64,000 bases of DNA from an uncultured cyanobacterium. GTDB taxonomy: Bacteria > Cyanobacteriota > Cyanobacteriia > PCC-6307 > Cyanobiaceae. Position numbers and translations under genes: made by a program. Each line of letters opens with the position of its first letter. Positions within the stretch are counted from its first letter, which is position 1. Under the pieces are notes generated by a model that was not told where the DNA came from, did not search any database, and saw only the letters and a list, made by a program, of their open reading frames with translations. Location of the stretch: contig CAVXWZ010000001.1 of assembly GCA_963765575.1 (NCBI GenBank), positions 96,001 through 160,000 on the forward strand. The letters run 5' to 3'. This document shows positions 39,677 to 50,407 of the stretch, in pieces.

Positions 39677-39946
39677 TCAGAACGCCTGGATCCAGGGATA
39701 CACCTGCAGGGCGGTCCAGATGCCGTGCCGCCAGTAGGGATCGGCGTGCAGCACCTCCTCCACCTGCTGCAGGCTTTCGGCCTCGTAGATGCCGAACACG
39801 TGGGTGCTGCCCTCGGTGGGGCCGAGGGTGATCAGCAGGCCGGACTCCTTCTGGCGTTGCAGCCCGGCCAGATGCTCCTGCCGGTAGGGGGCGCGCTTCT
39901 CCACGGCGTTGTCGCAATAGGTGCCCCAGAGCACAAATCGGGCCAT
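39677..39946 (-). CDS. YciI family protein
   Basis: RAPYRQEHL, GP, DPYW..GIW. Confidence 0.85.
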   Translation of the reverse strand: MARFVLWGTYCDNAVEKRAPYRQEHLAGLQRQKESGLLITLGPTEGSTHVFGIYEAESLQQVEEVLHADPYWRHGIWTALQVYPWIQAF

Positions 39947-39980
39947 CGGCGGCTGCAGCGGCTTTGGCCGACGCTACGCG

Positions 39981-40765
39981 TCAGCTGCTGGGCGCGGGGG
40001 CGCGGCACGGCTGGTGCACGACCCGTTGCGGGAAGGGAATCTCAATCCCCTGGCTGGCGAAGGCCGCCCAGATCGACCGGCCCACCGCGTCACGCACGCT
40101 GAGGTTGCGCATCGGGTTGTCGATCCAGTAGCGCAGGCTGTAGTTGATCGCCGACTCTCCGTAGTCCACCAGGAAGGCCCGTGGCGGTGGATCGCGCAGC
40201 ACCCCTGCAATCCCCACGGCGGCCCCCTCCAGCAGCCCGATCACCAGCTCGGCGTTGTCGCGGTCGCGCCAGAGCACCGTGGCCCGCAGGCCGAGGCTGC
40301 GCACCTCACAGGGATCGCCATCCATCATCAACACCTCTCCGGGGCGCACCGATCCCTCGAACAGCAGCCCCAGCCCCACCGCCGTGTAGCGGAAGATCAG
40401 CGCCATCGCCCGCCGGCGGTCCCGATCCCACCACCACCAGAAGGCCAGCAGCAGGGCCATGAACAACTGGCCAACGCTGAGGTCAGTGCCGAACAGGCTC
40501 AGCGGCAACAGGGCCAGGTCGCGCACGTTCTGAATTTGATCCAGCAGCGCCACCCCAGCCGATCACCAGCGCCAGCAGAAAGACGCTGAAGCCGTGGGGA
40601 ACGTTCACCAGCCTCAAGATCAGCACCCCCAGCAGCGCCAGGCCGAGGGCGACCGGTCGCCTTGCCCGCGAGCAGGGGCAGACCCACCACCAGGATCTGC
40701 AGCCATACGGCCGGCCGCTCGAAGTAGCCCGCCGAGGTGGTGATCTCCTGGATCAGGGGGTTCAT
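39981..40765 (-). pseudogene. Decayed MscS channel gene
   Basis: MscS motifs (VRPGEVL, LGLRAT, DYGESAINYSL, IEIPFPQ) joined with large segments missing; N-terminus in a different frame. Confidence 0.7.
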
Positions 40766-41852
40766 GGTCTGCCGTCTCCCGCCCCTGCGTTCTGTTCGTC
40801 GAGGAGGTTCTGGGCCCCAGTGCGGGCATCCAGGGTATGGAAGGGCACATCATTGAGGATCCGGCGCATCTGCGACAGCCGTGCGCCCTTGATCTCACGC
40901 ACCCCTTCGTCGACCACGGTCCGGCCCGCCTGCTGGCGGGTGGCTTCCAGGGTGCGCAGGGTGGTGGAGCTCTCCACAGGCACCGGCAGTAGGCGATTCA
41001 CCGGCAGGTTGCCGGTGGTCTGCAGGGTCAGGCGGCGCTGCACGATCGGCGTGATGGAGAACTGGGCCCAGCGCTCCGCCGTGAGCCGCTGGCGGGCGCT
41101 GGAGTCGAGGCCGAAGGCCCACACCCGCAGTTTGTTGATCGGTGTGGCCGGCCCCTGGGGCCCCCCGGGCAGGCCGGCAACGCCGAGATCCGCCCCGAGG
41201 CTGGGCCGCAGGCGGGTGAGATCGCCCCATCGGCAGCAAACCCGCCCAGCAGCCAGGCCAGATCCCCGGGGGCCAGGCTGAGGCCTACCGGAACCCCCGC
41301 GGCGCTGGCCTCCAGCAGGCTCTGCAGCGTCGCTGGGCTGGCGGGCAAAAGTTTGCGGTGAAGCAGGCCTGTTCGGTCTGGAGCAGCAGGGACAGCCCGG
41401 CCAGCTGGCCGTCGGCCTGACGCGGCCGCTGAACGGCCACCGGATCCAGCTGGCCCATCAGCTCAGCCGGGGCCGGCACCGGCCGGGTCAGGCCCTGGCG
41501 CCGTAATTCCAGCGCCATGCGGTCCGTCACCAGCAGCAGATCGGGCCCGAGCCCGTCCCAGTTCCGGCGACGCACCTGGGCGATCAAGTGTTCCTCCGCA
41601 AAGGGCACAAACTGGATCCGTACCGATGGGTGCAATTCACGCAACGGCTGGCGCAGCAGCTCCAGACGTTCGATCACCGCATCGATGGCCACCGGCTGTT
41701 TGCCCTGGGACGCGGGCAGTGCCACATAGACGAACAGCACTCCACCCGGCTGCTGCTGGCGGTCGCTGTCTGCGGCCGCGCCTGCTGAGGCAACCACTGA
41801 GCAGCACCGCCGACAGCGTGGCGAGAGCCTTGAGGACTGTCGGAGCGTTCAA
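40762..41852 (-). pseudogene. Decayed extracellular solute-binding lipoprotein gene
   Basis: Lipobox LLSGC, then GLGPDLL, PATLQSLL and LPVNR spread over four frame segments. Confidence 0.6.
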
Positions 41853-41941
41853 GCCGGCCAGTCCCCAGGCAGTCCAGCGGCGCAGTGTGGCAACGGGGTT
41901 GCGAATATCGTTAGGTGAATTGAATTCACTCCCGGAAACAC

Positions 41942-42202
41942 ATGCTGACCCGCCTCACCGTGCTGGGCCTGATCACCCTGGCGGCCAGCTCTCCGGCGCG
42001 AGCCAGCACCCTCGATCAGATCGTGCGCGGCTACTGCCTCAATGCCGTCAACAGTGAGGTCAAGGCCTCCGGCACATCGGCTCCCTCCGGTATGGCCGAA
42101 TTCACCTGCGATTGTGTGGTGAAGGAAATCCGCAAGGGCCAGACGGTGAACCTGGCCACCTCCACCTGCAAGAGCCTGGCGATCAGGAAATTCTCCCTCT
42201 GA
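41942..42202 (+). CDS. Small secreted Cys-containing protein
   Basis: Signal peptide; YC, TCDC, TC. Confidence 0.7.
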   Translation: MLTRLTVLGLITLAASSPARASTLDQIVRGYCLNAVNSEVKASGTSAPSGMAEFTCDCVVKEIRKGQTVNLATSTCKSLAIRKFSL

Positions 42203-42242
42203 TCGGGGCCCCCACAGATCCCCCAAGCGCTTGCTGGCACGA

Positions 42243-42884
42243 TCAGGGCCCCGGGCCACGGCCCTGGTCGAGGCGCTTGAACACCAGCAGGCGGTTGTTG
42301 GCGGGCATCGGTTCATCGGCCAGCAGCTGCAACCCCAGGCTCATGGCCTCTCTGGCCAGTTCCTGGGCGTCCCGCACCCCCATGGCTGGATCGATGGCAC
42401 GCAGGTGGGCATCGAAATCGGCATTGCTGGGGGCGGTGTGCACCAGCCCATCGCGGAACGGCCCGTAGAGCAACAGCAGGCCGCCGGCTGCCAGCACCCG
42501 GGCGGCACCGGCCAGCAATTGCGGCACGCAGACCGCCGGCATGATGTGGCAGGTGTTGGCGGAGAACAGCGCATCGAAGGGGCCCGCTGGCCACGGCTCA
42601 AGTTGGCTGACATCCAGCCCCAGGGGCTCGGCAATCGACGCGCCCGCCGCCAGGCCGCTGCGGCCCTCCAGATGCAGCCGTTCTCTCAGGTCGGCCAGGT
42701 CTGGGCTCAACTCGCTGGGCTGCCAGCGCAGCCCCTCCAGGTGGCGCGCCATGTGCACGGCGTGCTGACCGCTGCCAGATCCCACCTCCAGCACCCTGGC
42801 CGCTGGCGGTAGCCAGGCCGCCAGGCGCTCCAGGATCGGTTGCTTGTTGCGCTCGCAGGCAGCCGAGAATCGCATCGTGCTCAT
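42243..42884 (-). CDS. DUF938 SAM-dependent methyltransferase
   Basis: [28 protein letters not shown]. Confidence 0.88.
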   Translation of the reverse strand: MSTMRFSAACERNKQPILERLAAWLPPAARVLEVGSGSGQHAVHMARHLEGLRWQPSELSPDLADLRERLHLEGRSGLAAGASIAEPLGLDVSQLEPWPAGPFDALFSANTCHIMPAVCVPQLLAGAARVLAAGGLLLLYGPFRDGLVHTAPSNADFDAHLRAIDPAMGVRDAQELAREAMSLGLQLLADEPMPANNRLLVFKRLDQGRGPGP

Positions 42885-42904
42885 GGCATGGTTCCCTGGC
42901 CGGA

Positions 42905-43754
42905 TCAGCGATCCAGGCCGGACCTCAGCGAGGCGCAGAAGTGTCCCGCCGCCGCGGCGATGGCCCCGGTATCGGCCTGCGGGCCGCGATCGTGGGCGTT
43001 GGCCATCACCTTCACCAGGGCACTGCCCACGATGGCGCCGTCGGCACCCCACTGACGCACCTGGCGGGCCTGGTCGGGTCCGGCGATGCCGAAACCCACC
43101 GCCACGGGCGTGGGGCCGAGCTGCTTTGAGCTGCCGCACCAGCTCGCCCACCCGCGACTCCAGGTTGGTGCGCACGCCGGTGACCCCGGTGACACTCACC
43201 AGATAGGTGAAGCCGCGGCTGGCGGAGTGGATGCGGGCCATGCGCTCGCCTGGGGTGGTGGGGGCCACCAGCAACACCAGATCCAGGCCGGCAGCAGCGG
43301 CGATCGCCGAGAGCCGCTCGGCCTCCTCGAGGGGCAGGTCGGGCACCACCAGACCGGCGGCCCCGGCGGCGGCGGCGTCGGCGCAGAAGGTTTCCATGCC
43401 GCGGTTGAGCAGGGGGTTGCTGTAGGTGAACAGCACCACGGGAATTTGCAGCTCGCCGTGCAGGGAGGCCAGCATCTCCAGCACCCCGGCCGGGGTGGTG
43501 CCGGCGGCCAGGGCCCGGCTGGCGGCGGCCTGAATCACGGGACCATCGGCCAGCGGATCGCTGTAGGGGATGCCCAGCTCCACCAGGTCGGCGCCCTCTG
43601 CCTGCAGCGCCAGCAGCGTGGCGCGGGTGGCGGCCAGGTGGGGGTCACCGGCCATCAGGAAGGGCATCAGGGCGCAGCGCCCCTGCCGCTGCAGCTCGCT
43701 GAAACGCTGCTGGATCCGGGTCGGGGCTGCGGTCACAGGGACGGACACGGGCAC
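42905..43754 (-). CDS. trpA: Tryptophan synthase alpha (apparent +1 frameshift at 43125-43127)
   Basis: [46 protein letters not shown] in the next frame. Confidence 0.93.
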
Positions 43755-43766
43755 GGTGCTGCGAGC

Positions 43767-44102
43767 CTATGCCTCGCCCGTTTCGGCGATCTGGCCCGTT
43801 TCGCGCAACAGCCGCTCCTGCTCCTCAGGGCTGAGGGAGGCAAATTTCCGCTCCAGCTCCTCGCTGGTGTACGTGTCGTAGGCGTCGCGGTAGCTGCGGC
43901 GCTGCTGCATGTAGGTCATGTTGCCGCTCAGGGCCCGCAGCAGGTAGGTGGCGGTCCAGCCCAGCACCACCACCATCAACAGAGCTGAGGCGGCGATTCC
44001 CGCCGAAACGTCCCCGAATCCCCCGACTTGCAGCAGGGCATAGCCACCGCCGCCGAGGCCGAACACCGCCAGGCCCAGCAGCAGCGCCTGACCCTTGGTC
44101 AT
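43767..44102 (-). CDS. DUF3007 family protein
   Basis: [19 protein letters not shown]; sits between ndhL and trpA. Confidence 0.85.
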   Translation of the reverse strand: MTKGQALLLGLAVFGLGGGGYALLQVGGFGDVSAGIAASALLMVVVLGWTATYLLRALSGNMTYMQQRRSYRDAYDTYTSEELERKFASLSPEEQERLLRETGQIAETGEA

Positions 44103-44368
44103 CGGCTGCCCTGCCCGGCCATGCGCAGATTGATGAACGGCGAGAACAGGATCAGGCCCGGGAAGAACAGGAACACCAGTCCGTAGACGCCGAAGCGCTC
44201 GAACTTGCCCATCACCGTCCAGCGCTTCACCATCCAGGCGTAGAGCGCCAGCGGCACCACCACCAGGTAGGCGCCCGCCAGGCCCAGATAGAGGGCGATC
44301 AGCAGCAGGGTGTCAGGCGACAGCCCCAGCACCGGCGGCAGGGTGATGGCGAGCGGGCCCCCGGTCAT
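44099..44368 (-). CDS. ndhL: NDH-1 subunit L
   Basis: RW..MGKFER...[21 protein letters not shown]. Confidence 0.9.
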   Translation of the reverse strand: MTGGPLAITLPPVLGLSPDTLLLIALYLGLAGAYLVVVPLALYAWMVKRWTVMGKFERFGVYGLVFLFFPGLILFSPFINLRMAGQGSR

Positions 44369-44544
44369 GGAGGGCTTGGGGGATAGCCCGGGTGTGAGCA
44401 CCGATTTCAGCACCGATGACAGCGTGCTAAGGGCAACGCGAAGGGCAGCGGCAAGGCACTCAGGGGCGAGGGACGGGAGGCGGTGACGAGAGCGGGGCCG
44501 ACGAGCGGCTGCGGCTGGAGTGGCGGGGGGCTGGAGCGGATGGG

Positions 44545-44622
44545 TGGTGCGCCCGGCGGGACTCGAACCCACACTGGAGTCATTTTAAGTGACCTGCCTG
44601 CTACCGATTGGGCTACGGGCGC
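44545..44622 (-). tRNA. trnL-UAA: tRNA-Leu(UAA), 78 nt, short variable loop, encoded CCA, no intron
   Basis: Acceptor stem GCGCCCG/CGGGCGC, anticodon arm GGTCA-CTTAAAA-TGACT, T-arm GTGGG-TTCGAGT-CCCGC, 3' ACCA. Confidence 0.88.
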
Positions 44623-45151
44623 CTGGCCGGGCCGATCGAGCGGACTGAACCGGCGAACTGAGTGTATGGGTGACGATTCGCTGCGCCCACGTTCGGTTGC
44701 TGGCCCTGAATGGCTAAGGTGATTTCATTCGGCTGAAGCCGGCGGAGTTTCCCGCGCAGGCCGATCCAGCACCCGTCCTTCCCCTGCGCTTCCTGGGGAC
44801 GGGTCAGTGTGTCGCGAGTCGACCCTGAGCAGCCCAGATGCCGTGATTCCCCACCTGGGGGATCTGCTCTGCAGCGGTGCGTCATCCATATCCGACCCAA
44901 TCCAATGTCCAGATCAACCCGTTCAACTGTCTCCAATCCGGTCGCCGGCCGCACCCATGGCCGTCGCGCCGCTGCCCCGTCGAGTGGCGCCTGGGCCCAG
45001 TCCCTGGGCGGTGCACCTCTGTCGTGTCCGATCCGCCGGCCGTCCCACCGTGCTGTCAGCGAAGCTCCGCTCACCTGGGAGGACCTGCTGGGCCGCCGCT
45101 GAGTCGCACCCAGTGACGGGTGCGAGTATCAAGCCCTGGCCCCTCCCGCTG

Positions 45152-46231
45152 ATGCCGATGCTGCCCAACCTGGCCGCCATCGTGGCGGGGATCGTGGTGC
45201 TGTTCGCCGGTGGCGAGCTGTTTGTGGCCGGGTCCACCGCCGTGGCCCTGCTGCTGGGGATTCCCCAGATCGTGGTCGGGCTCACCGTCGTGTCCCTGGG
45301 CACCAGCGCGCCGGAGCTGTTCGTGAGCCTGCTGTCGCTGCTTGAAGGCGGGGAGGCCACCGCCATCGCCGCCAGCAACGTGGTGGGCAGCAACATCTTC
45401 AACGTGCTGGTGGTGCTCGGTCTGAGCGCCCTGGTGATGCCCATGCGGGTTCGCAGCCGCCTGGTGCGGCGCGATGTGCCCCTGCTGATCGCCGTGTCGA
45501 TGGTGGTCTGGGGCATGGCTTCGGGCACCAGCCTCACCTGGCAGGCGGGGCTGGCCCTGCTGGTGGGCCTGGTGATCAACGTGATCTGGGAAATCCGCAC
45601 GGCCCGCGAGCATCCGGAGGAATCGGAGCAGGAGGCCCACAGTGGCTCCAGCCGCTCCCCGCTCCAGGCCGGTCTCAAGCTGACCTTTGGCCTGGTGCTG
45701 CTGGTGGTGGGCTCCCAGGTGCTGCTCAGCGGAGCCACCGGAGCCGCCGAGCTGCTGGGGGTGAGCCAGACCCTGATCGGCCTCACGATCGTGGCCGCCG
45801 GCACGTCGCTGCCCGAGCTGGTGACCTCCCTGGTGGCGGCCTACCGCGGCAGCGCCGACCTGGCGATCGGCAACGTGGTGGGCAGCTGCCTGATCAACCT
45901 GCTGCTGATCCTGGGCCTCTGTGCGCTGGCGTCAGGGCCTGCCGGCCTGCCGGTGGATCCCCTGCTGGTGCAGCGCGACCTGCCGGTGATGGTGCTCACC
46001 ACCCTGGCCTGCCTGCCGATCTTCTGGACCAATGGCACGATCAGCCGCCTGGAGGGGGGCTTGCTGGCGGGTCTCTATGGCCTCTACCTGACCGAGCAAC
46101 TGCTGAGCAGCACCGTGCCCTGGGCCACGGACGGCTACCGCCAGGTGGTGCTGGTGGCGGTGCTGCCGCTGGTGCTGGTGTTTCTGGTGTGGCAGGTCCT
46201 GGCCTCCCGGCAGCTGCGGCTGCGCGGCTGA
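45152..46231 (+). CDS. Ca2+/Na+ antiporter (YrbG-like)
   Basis: Alpha repeats GTSAPE and GTSLPE; NVVGSNIFN. Confidence 0.9.
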   Translation: MPMLPNLAAIVAGIVVLFAGGELFVAGSTAVALLLGIPQIVVGLTVVSLGTSAPELFVSLLSLLEGGEATAIAASNVVGSNIFNVLVVLGLSALVMPMRVRSRLVRRDVPLLIAVSMVVWGMASGTSLTWQAGLALLVGLVINVIWEIRTAREHPEESEQEAHSGSSRSPLQAGLKLTFGLVLLVVGSQVLLSGATGAAELLGVSQTLIGLTIVAAGTSLPELVTSLVAAYRGSADLAIGNVVGSCLINLLLILGLCALASGPAGLPVDPLLVQRDLPVMVLTTLACLPIFWTNGTISRLEGGLLAGLYGLYLTEQLLSSTVPWATDGYRQVVLVAVLPLVLVFLVWQVLASRQLRLRG

Positions 46232-46233
46232 GC

Positions 46234-46938
46234 TCAGCTCGCGGGCAGCTTGGCCAGGGCTTTGGTGGTGCCCATCACCACCAGCAGCTCTCCGGCCTGC
46301 AGCACCTGGGAGGCGGGGGGATTCACGGTCAGCGCGTTGTCGGGGCCTGCCGCCAGCACGCTGACGTCGAAGTTCTTGCGCAGGTTGAGGTCGCGCAGCG
46401 ACTGCCCCACAAAGGGTTCGGGCACCCGGATCTCCTCGATCGAATTGCGGTCGTCGAGGCGCAGCCGGTCGAGCAGGTTGGGCCGCACCAGCTCCATCCC
46501 CAGCCGGTGGCCCTGCATCTTCGAGGGGAAGATCACCCGGTCGGCCCCAACCCGTTGCAGCATCTTCATGTGCAGGTCGTTGGTGGCGCGGGCGATCACC
46601 TTCTGCACGCGGCTGCCCTCGCTGTCCTTGGCGATCAGGGTGGCGGTGACGCTGGCTTCGATCGGCTCGCTCATGGCCACCACCACGGTGCGCACATCGA
46701 GCACCCCGGCCTCACGCAGGGCCTCCTCGTCCGTGCAGTCCACCACCCGGGCCTGGATGGCGGGATCCACGTGGCGCAGGGCGTCAATGGCCTTCTGGCT
46801 GTTGTCGATGGCCAGCACGTCGCGTCCGGCTTCGCAGAGCTCGCGGCAGACGGCCGTGCCGAAGCGGCCCACGCCGATCACCGCAAAGCCTCCCTGGGAT
46901 GTGCCCTCGGCCGGATTCCAGTGCCACCAGTTGGCCAT
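46234..46938 (-). CDS. ktrA: TrkA/KtrA K+ uptake regulatory subunit
   Basis: GVGRFG, GADRVIFP, RCK_C tail. Confidence 0.85.
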   Translation of the reverse strand: MANWWHWNPAEGTSQGGFAVIGVGRFGTAVCRELCEAGRDVLAIDNSQKAIDALRHVDPAIQARVVDCTDEEALREAGVLDVRTVVVAMSEPIEASVTATLIAKDSEGSRVQKVIARATNDLHMKMLQRVGADRVIFPSKMQGHRLGMELVRPNLLDRLRLDDRNSIEEIRVPEPFVGQSLRDLNLRKNFDVSVLAAGPDNALTVNPPASQVLQAGELLVVMGTTKALAKLPAS

Positions 46939-46963
46939 CGGTGCTGCGTGAGATGGGTTCGAA

Positions 46964-48388
46964 TCAGATGTAGAGCTCTTCGCGGGGGTAGCCCACCCGC
47001 GGCTGGGGCCGGCTGCCGTAGAGGGCCGAGAGCAACAGCAGGATGCCCAGTCTGCCCACGAACATGCCCACCATCAGCACCAGCTGGCCCCAGCGGTTGA
47101 GCTGGGGGGTGACGCCCAGGTCGAGGCCCACGGTGGCAAAGGCTGACATGCAGGTGAACAGCCGCTCCAGAAAGCTGAATTCGGTGCCACCCGCGGAGCC
47201 CGTGCCCGTGGCGCCCAGGCCCAGCACCAGGGCCATCAGCAGCACGAAGATCAGCGAGGCGATCGTCACGCCGATGGCCCGCAGCACCACGGTGGCGGGG
47301 ATCTGCCGCTGGTTGATCACCACCTCCTCGCGGCCCTGCAGGGTGGACCGGGTGGCCCCCATCAAGGTGGCGAAGGTGGTGGTCTTGATGCCGCCACCGG
47401 TGCTGCCGGGGCTGGCGCCGATGAACATCAGCATGATCAGCAGCAGCAGCCCGGCATCGGAGAAGGTGGCGCTGGAGAAGATCACGGTGCTGAACCCGGC
47501 CGTGCGGGCTGACACCGACTGGAACAGCGTCACCTGGAGCTTCTGGACCAGCTGCAGGGACTGGATCGCCCCGCCGGCGGCGAACTGCTCGGTGAACATC
47601 AGCCCCAGGGCGCCCACCAGGATCAGGATCAGGCTGCTGCGCACCACCAGTCGGGTGTGCAGGTTGAACAGCTGCAGCCTGAAGCCATGGCGGAGCCGGC
47701 GCAGGCGACGGCGATTGCTCCACAGGTCGTTCACCACCCTCCAGCCCAGGCCACCGGTCACGATCAAGGCGGCGATCACCCCGTTCACCACCGTGTTGTC
47801 GCGGTAGCGCATGAGGCTGTCGCTCCAGAGCCCGAAGCCGGCGTTGTTGTAGGCGCTGATGGCATGGAACAGCGAGGCCCAGAGGCGCTCCAGGGGGTTG
47901 CTGATGTCGGAGAAGCCGAAGCCGTAGAGCACGGCGGTGCCCAGGGCCATCACGCAACTGCCGCTGATCAGGATGCGGTTGAAGGTGGGCCCGATGCCGC
48001 CGACGCCGAATTCATCCAGCGCCCGGCCCCGATCCAGCCTCGCCCGCAGGCCCCCGTGCCCCTGCACGAAACCCTGCAAGAAGGTGGTGATGGCCATCAG
48101 GCCCACACCGCCGGTGATGATCAGGGCCGCCAGCACCAGCTGCCCCACCAGGGTGAGATCCTCGCCCACGTCGATGATCGAGAGGCCGGTCACGGTGATG
48201 GCCGAGGTCACCGTGAACAGGGCTTCCCACAGCCCCACCCCGGGGCGCGAGCAGAGCGGCGTGGCCATCACCAGGGTGCCGGCGGCGATCACCAGGGCGC
48301 CGGTGAGCACAGTGAACTGCGGCACCGTGAGCTGCTGGCGCCACTGCTTGAGCTGGAACCACTGGGGGCCACCGCGAGCCGAACTCAT
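46964..48388 (-). CDS. ktrB: TrkH/KtrB K+ uptake membrane subunit
   Basis: TVTGL, NNAGF, RTAGF, GSTGGGIK, ATVGL, MFVGRLG. Confidence 0.88.
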   Translation of the reverse strand: MSSARGGPQWFQLKQWRQQLTVPQFTVLTGALVIAAGTLVMATPLCSRPGVGLWEALFTVTSAITVTGLSIIDVGEDLTLVGQLVLAALIITGGVGLMAITTFLQGFVQGHGGLRARLDRGRALDEFGVGGIGPTFNRILISGSCVMALGTAVLYGFGFSDISNPLERLWASLFHAISAYNNAGFGLWSDSLMRYRDNTVVNGVIAALIVTGGLGWRVVNDLWSNRRRLRRLRHGFRLQLFNLHTRLVVRSSLILILVGALGLMFTEQFAAGGAIQSLQLVQKLQVTLFQSVSARTAGFSTVIFSSATFSDAGLLLLIMLMFIGASPGSTGGGIKTTTFATLMGATRSTLQGREEVVINQRQIPATVVLRAIGVTIASLIFVLLMALVLGLGATGTGSAGGTEFSFLERLFTCMSAFATVGLDLGVTPQLNRWGQLVLMVGMFVGRLGILLLLSALYGSRPQPRVGYPREELYI

Positions 48389-48819
48389 GCCCCGCCGGGA
48401 GCATCCATCACGGTGCTGCCGCCCTGGCCCGGGCGCGGCAGCGAGGGCGGACAGGGGCCGTCGCGATCGGAGCGGAACACCAGCTCCATGGCCGGCAGGT
48501 GGGTGTGCACCAGCTCCACCAGCCGCTCGAAGGTCTTCATGGTTTCCGGTGCGCGCAGCCCCATCGGCTCGCGGCTGAGCAGCACCAGTTCCAGCGTCCT
48601 GCCGCCCGCCTGGGACTGGACATCGGCGAACAATTGCATGCGCTGAACTTCCCCACCCTGCTTCAACAGGGCCCCGAGGTGGGCTGGGGTGCGGTGATCC
48701 ACCTGGGCGCTGAGCCCGTCGAGCACGGGCGCCAGGCAAGCGAGGAGCTCCTGGGCGGGCTGGTTGCCGGCGCCAGGGACCGACCCGGTGGGCTTGAGAA
48801 CCAGCAGGAACCGGGCCAT
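48385..48819 (-). CDS. Hypothetical protein
   Basis: 144 aa; overlaps the ktrB start. Confidence 0.6.
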   Translation of the reverse strand: MARFLLVLKPTGSVPGAGNQPAQELLACLAPVLDGLSAQVDHRTPAHLGALLKQGGEVQRMQLFADVQSQAGGRTLELVLLSREPMGLRAPETMKTFERLVELVHTHLPAMELVFRSDRDGPCPPSLPRPGQGGSTVMDAPGGA

Positions 48820-48864
48820 GGCCGCCTTGATCGGCTAAGACGCTACTGCGTGCGCCGCCTGCGG

Positions 48865-50058
48865 ATGCCTCGCCCCCATTCAGAAGCGATCGCCGTGATC
48901 GGCGCGGGGGTGGCGGGCTGTGCGCTGGCGGCCCAGCTGCGCCGGGGGGGCCATCGCGGCGAGCTGTCCCTCTGGGAAACGGGTCGGGGGCCGGGAGGGC
49001 GCGCCAGCACCCGGCGCTCTCGCCGCGATCGGCAACTGGCGCTCGACCATGGTGCCCCCCAGCTGAACATCACCGCCCAGCCGCCGCCGGCGCTGCTCGA
49101 GCCGCTGCTGGCGGGGGGCTGGATTGAGCCCTGGCGTGCACCGGTGGCGATGCTGGAGGGCGAATCGCGCCTCAACATCGGCCGCTCCGATGTCCTCGGG
49201 CTGGGCCAGCTCTACCGCGGCCGCGGCGGCATGGACCAGCTCAGCTCGGGGCTGCTGGCTCTGACCGGCGACTGCCCCGTAACGGCCCATTACGGCGTGC
49301 TGGTGCGCCATCTGGAACGCTCCAACGGGGGGCGCTGGCGACTGCTGGATGCCGCTGGCCAACGGCTGGGCGAGGCCGACTGGCTGGTGCTGAGCGGCAC
49401 CCTGCTGGCCCATCCCCGCAGCCGGTTGATCTTCGACTGGCCCGACGTGCCACTGGAGAAAGCCACCCGCGGCGGCCAGGATCTGCAGCTCGCCCATGCC
49501 CTCACCACCCTCGCCGGCATCCACTTCGAGGCCCGCACCAACCTGCTGCTGGTGTTCCGCGGCGAGGCGGCGGCGGCCTGGCGGGCGCTGCCGTTCACGC
49601 TGGTGAGCTTCGACGCCGCCGCCCAGCAGCGCTGGGGCCTGCGGCGCGTCAGTATCCAGCCCCTCGCCGACGGCCGCTGCGCCGTGGTGGCCCACTCCAC
49701 CGATACCTTCGCCGCCGACCATCTCGATGTGGTGGGCAGCGGCTCGGCGGCGGCCCGCCTGCTGCAGCCGCAGCTAGAGGCGGGCCGGGAGGAGGTCGTG
49801 ATCGCGGCCCTCAGCCAGGCCCTGGCCCAGTGTCTGGCCCCCTGGATCGGAGGGTTCGACCCGCAGCGGGCGAGTCCCCGGCTGATGCGCTGGGCCGCCG
49901 CCTTCCCGCTGCCGCCGGGCTTGCCCCCCTCCCTGGCGCTCTGCGCCGGCAGCCGGGTGGGATTCTGTGGCGACTACATCGCCGGCGTCGGTTTCGGCCG
50001 CATCGAAGGGGCTCTGCACAGCGCCGAGCGGCTGGCGGCCGCCCTGCTTGCGGTCTGA
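48865..50058 (+). CDS. Renalase-like NAD(P)/FAD oxidoreductase
   Basis: GAGVAG, GPGGRASTR, DHGA, CGDY, IEGALHS. Confidence 0.85.
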   Translation: MPRPHSEAIAVIGAGVAGCALAAQLRRGGHRGELSLWETGRGPGGRASTRRSRRDRQLALDHGAPQLNITAQPPPALLEPLLAGGWIEPWRAPVAMLEGESRLNIGRSDVLGLGQLYRGRGGMDQLSSGLLALTGDCPVTAHYGVLVRHLERSNGGRWRLLDAAGQRLGEADWLVLSGTLLAHPRSRLIFDWPDVPLEKATRGGQDLQLAHALTTLAGIHFEARTNLLLVFRGEAAAAWRALPFTLVSFDAAAQQRWGLRRVSIQPLADGRCAVVAHSTDTFAADHLDVVGSGSAAARLLQPQLEAGREEVVIAALSQALAQCLAPWIGGFDPQRASPRLMRWAAAFPLPPGLPPSLALCAGSRVGFCGDYIAGVGFGRIEGALHSAERLAAALLAV

Positions 50059-50109
50059 GGGCGACCCCGGCCCCTGGCGCCAACGCCGGGGCTGACTACC
50101 GTGGGCGCC

Positions 50110-50391
50110 ATGTTCAGCCCCTTCGGCGACTGGCTTCCCGAGGTGGTGGTGTTCCACCCGCTGCGCTTCGAGGATGCGCAGTCCATCGTGCATGCGGTGA
50201 GGGAACAGAAAACCGCCCTGGTCCATGCCGGTGCCATGGACAGGGGGGAAGCGCAGCGGCTGATCGACTTCGTGGCCGGTGGGGTGAGTGCCATCGACGG
50301 CCGGGCCGAGTGTCTCGATGAGCTCACCTTCGTGTTCACCCCGGAGATCGTGCAGCTGACGCGGGACGGCGCCGGCGGCGTGTCTCGCTGA
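50110..50391 (+). CDS. sepF: Short SepF-like protein
   Basis: P..FED, AQRLIDFVAGG, FVFTP. Confidence 0.75.
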   Translation: MFSPFGDWLPEVVVFHPLRFEDAQSIVHAVREQKTALVHAGAMDRGEAQRLIDFVAGGVSAIDGRAECLDELTFVFTPEIVQLTRDGAGGVSR

Positions 50392-50407
50392 AGGCAAGAG
50401 CCAAGGG

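Noticed and set aside
42243..43754. Apparent 503-aa TrpA-methyltransferase fusion or programmed frameshift
   Set aside because: Removing one base of the run at 43125-43127 restores a normal TrpA ending at 42905, and DUF938 has its own ATG at 42884. Most likely a sequencing indel; check the reads.
44613..45074. 153-aa ORF or mobile element next to the tRNA
   Set aside because: No recognisable motif, integrase or att duplication; it overlaps the tRNA 5' end and promoter.
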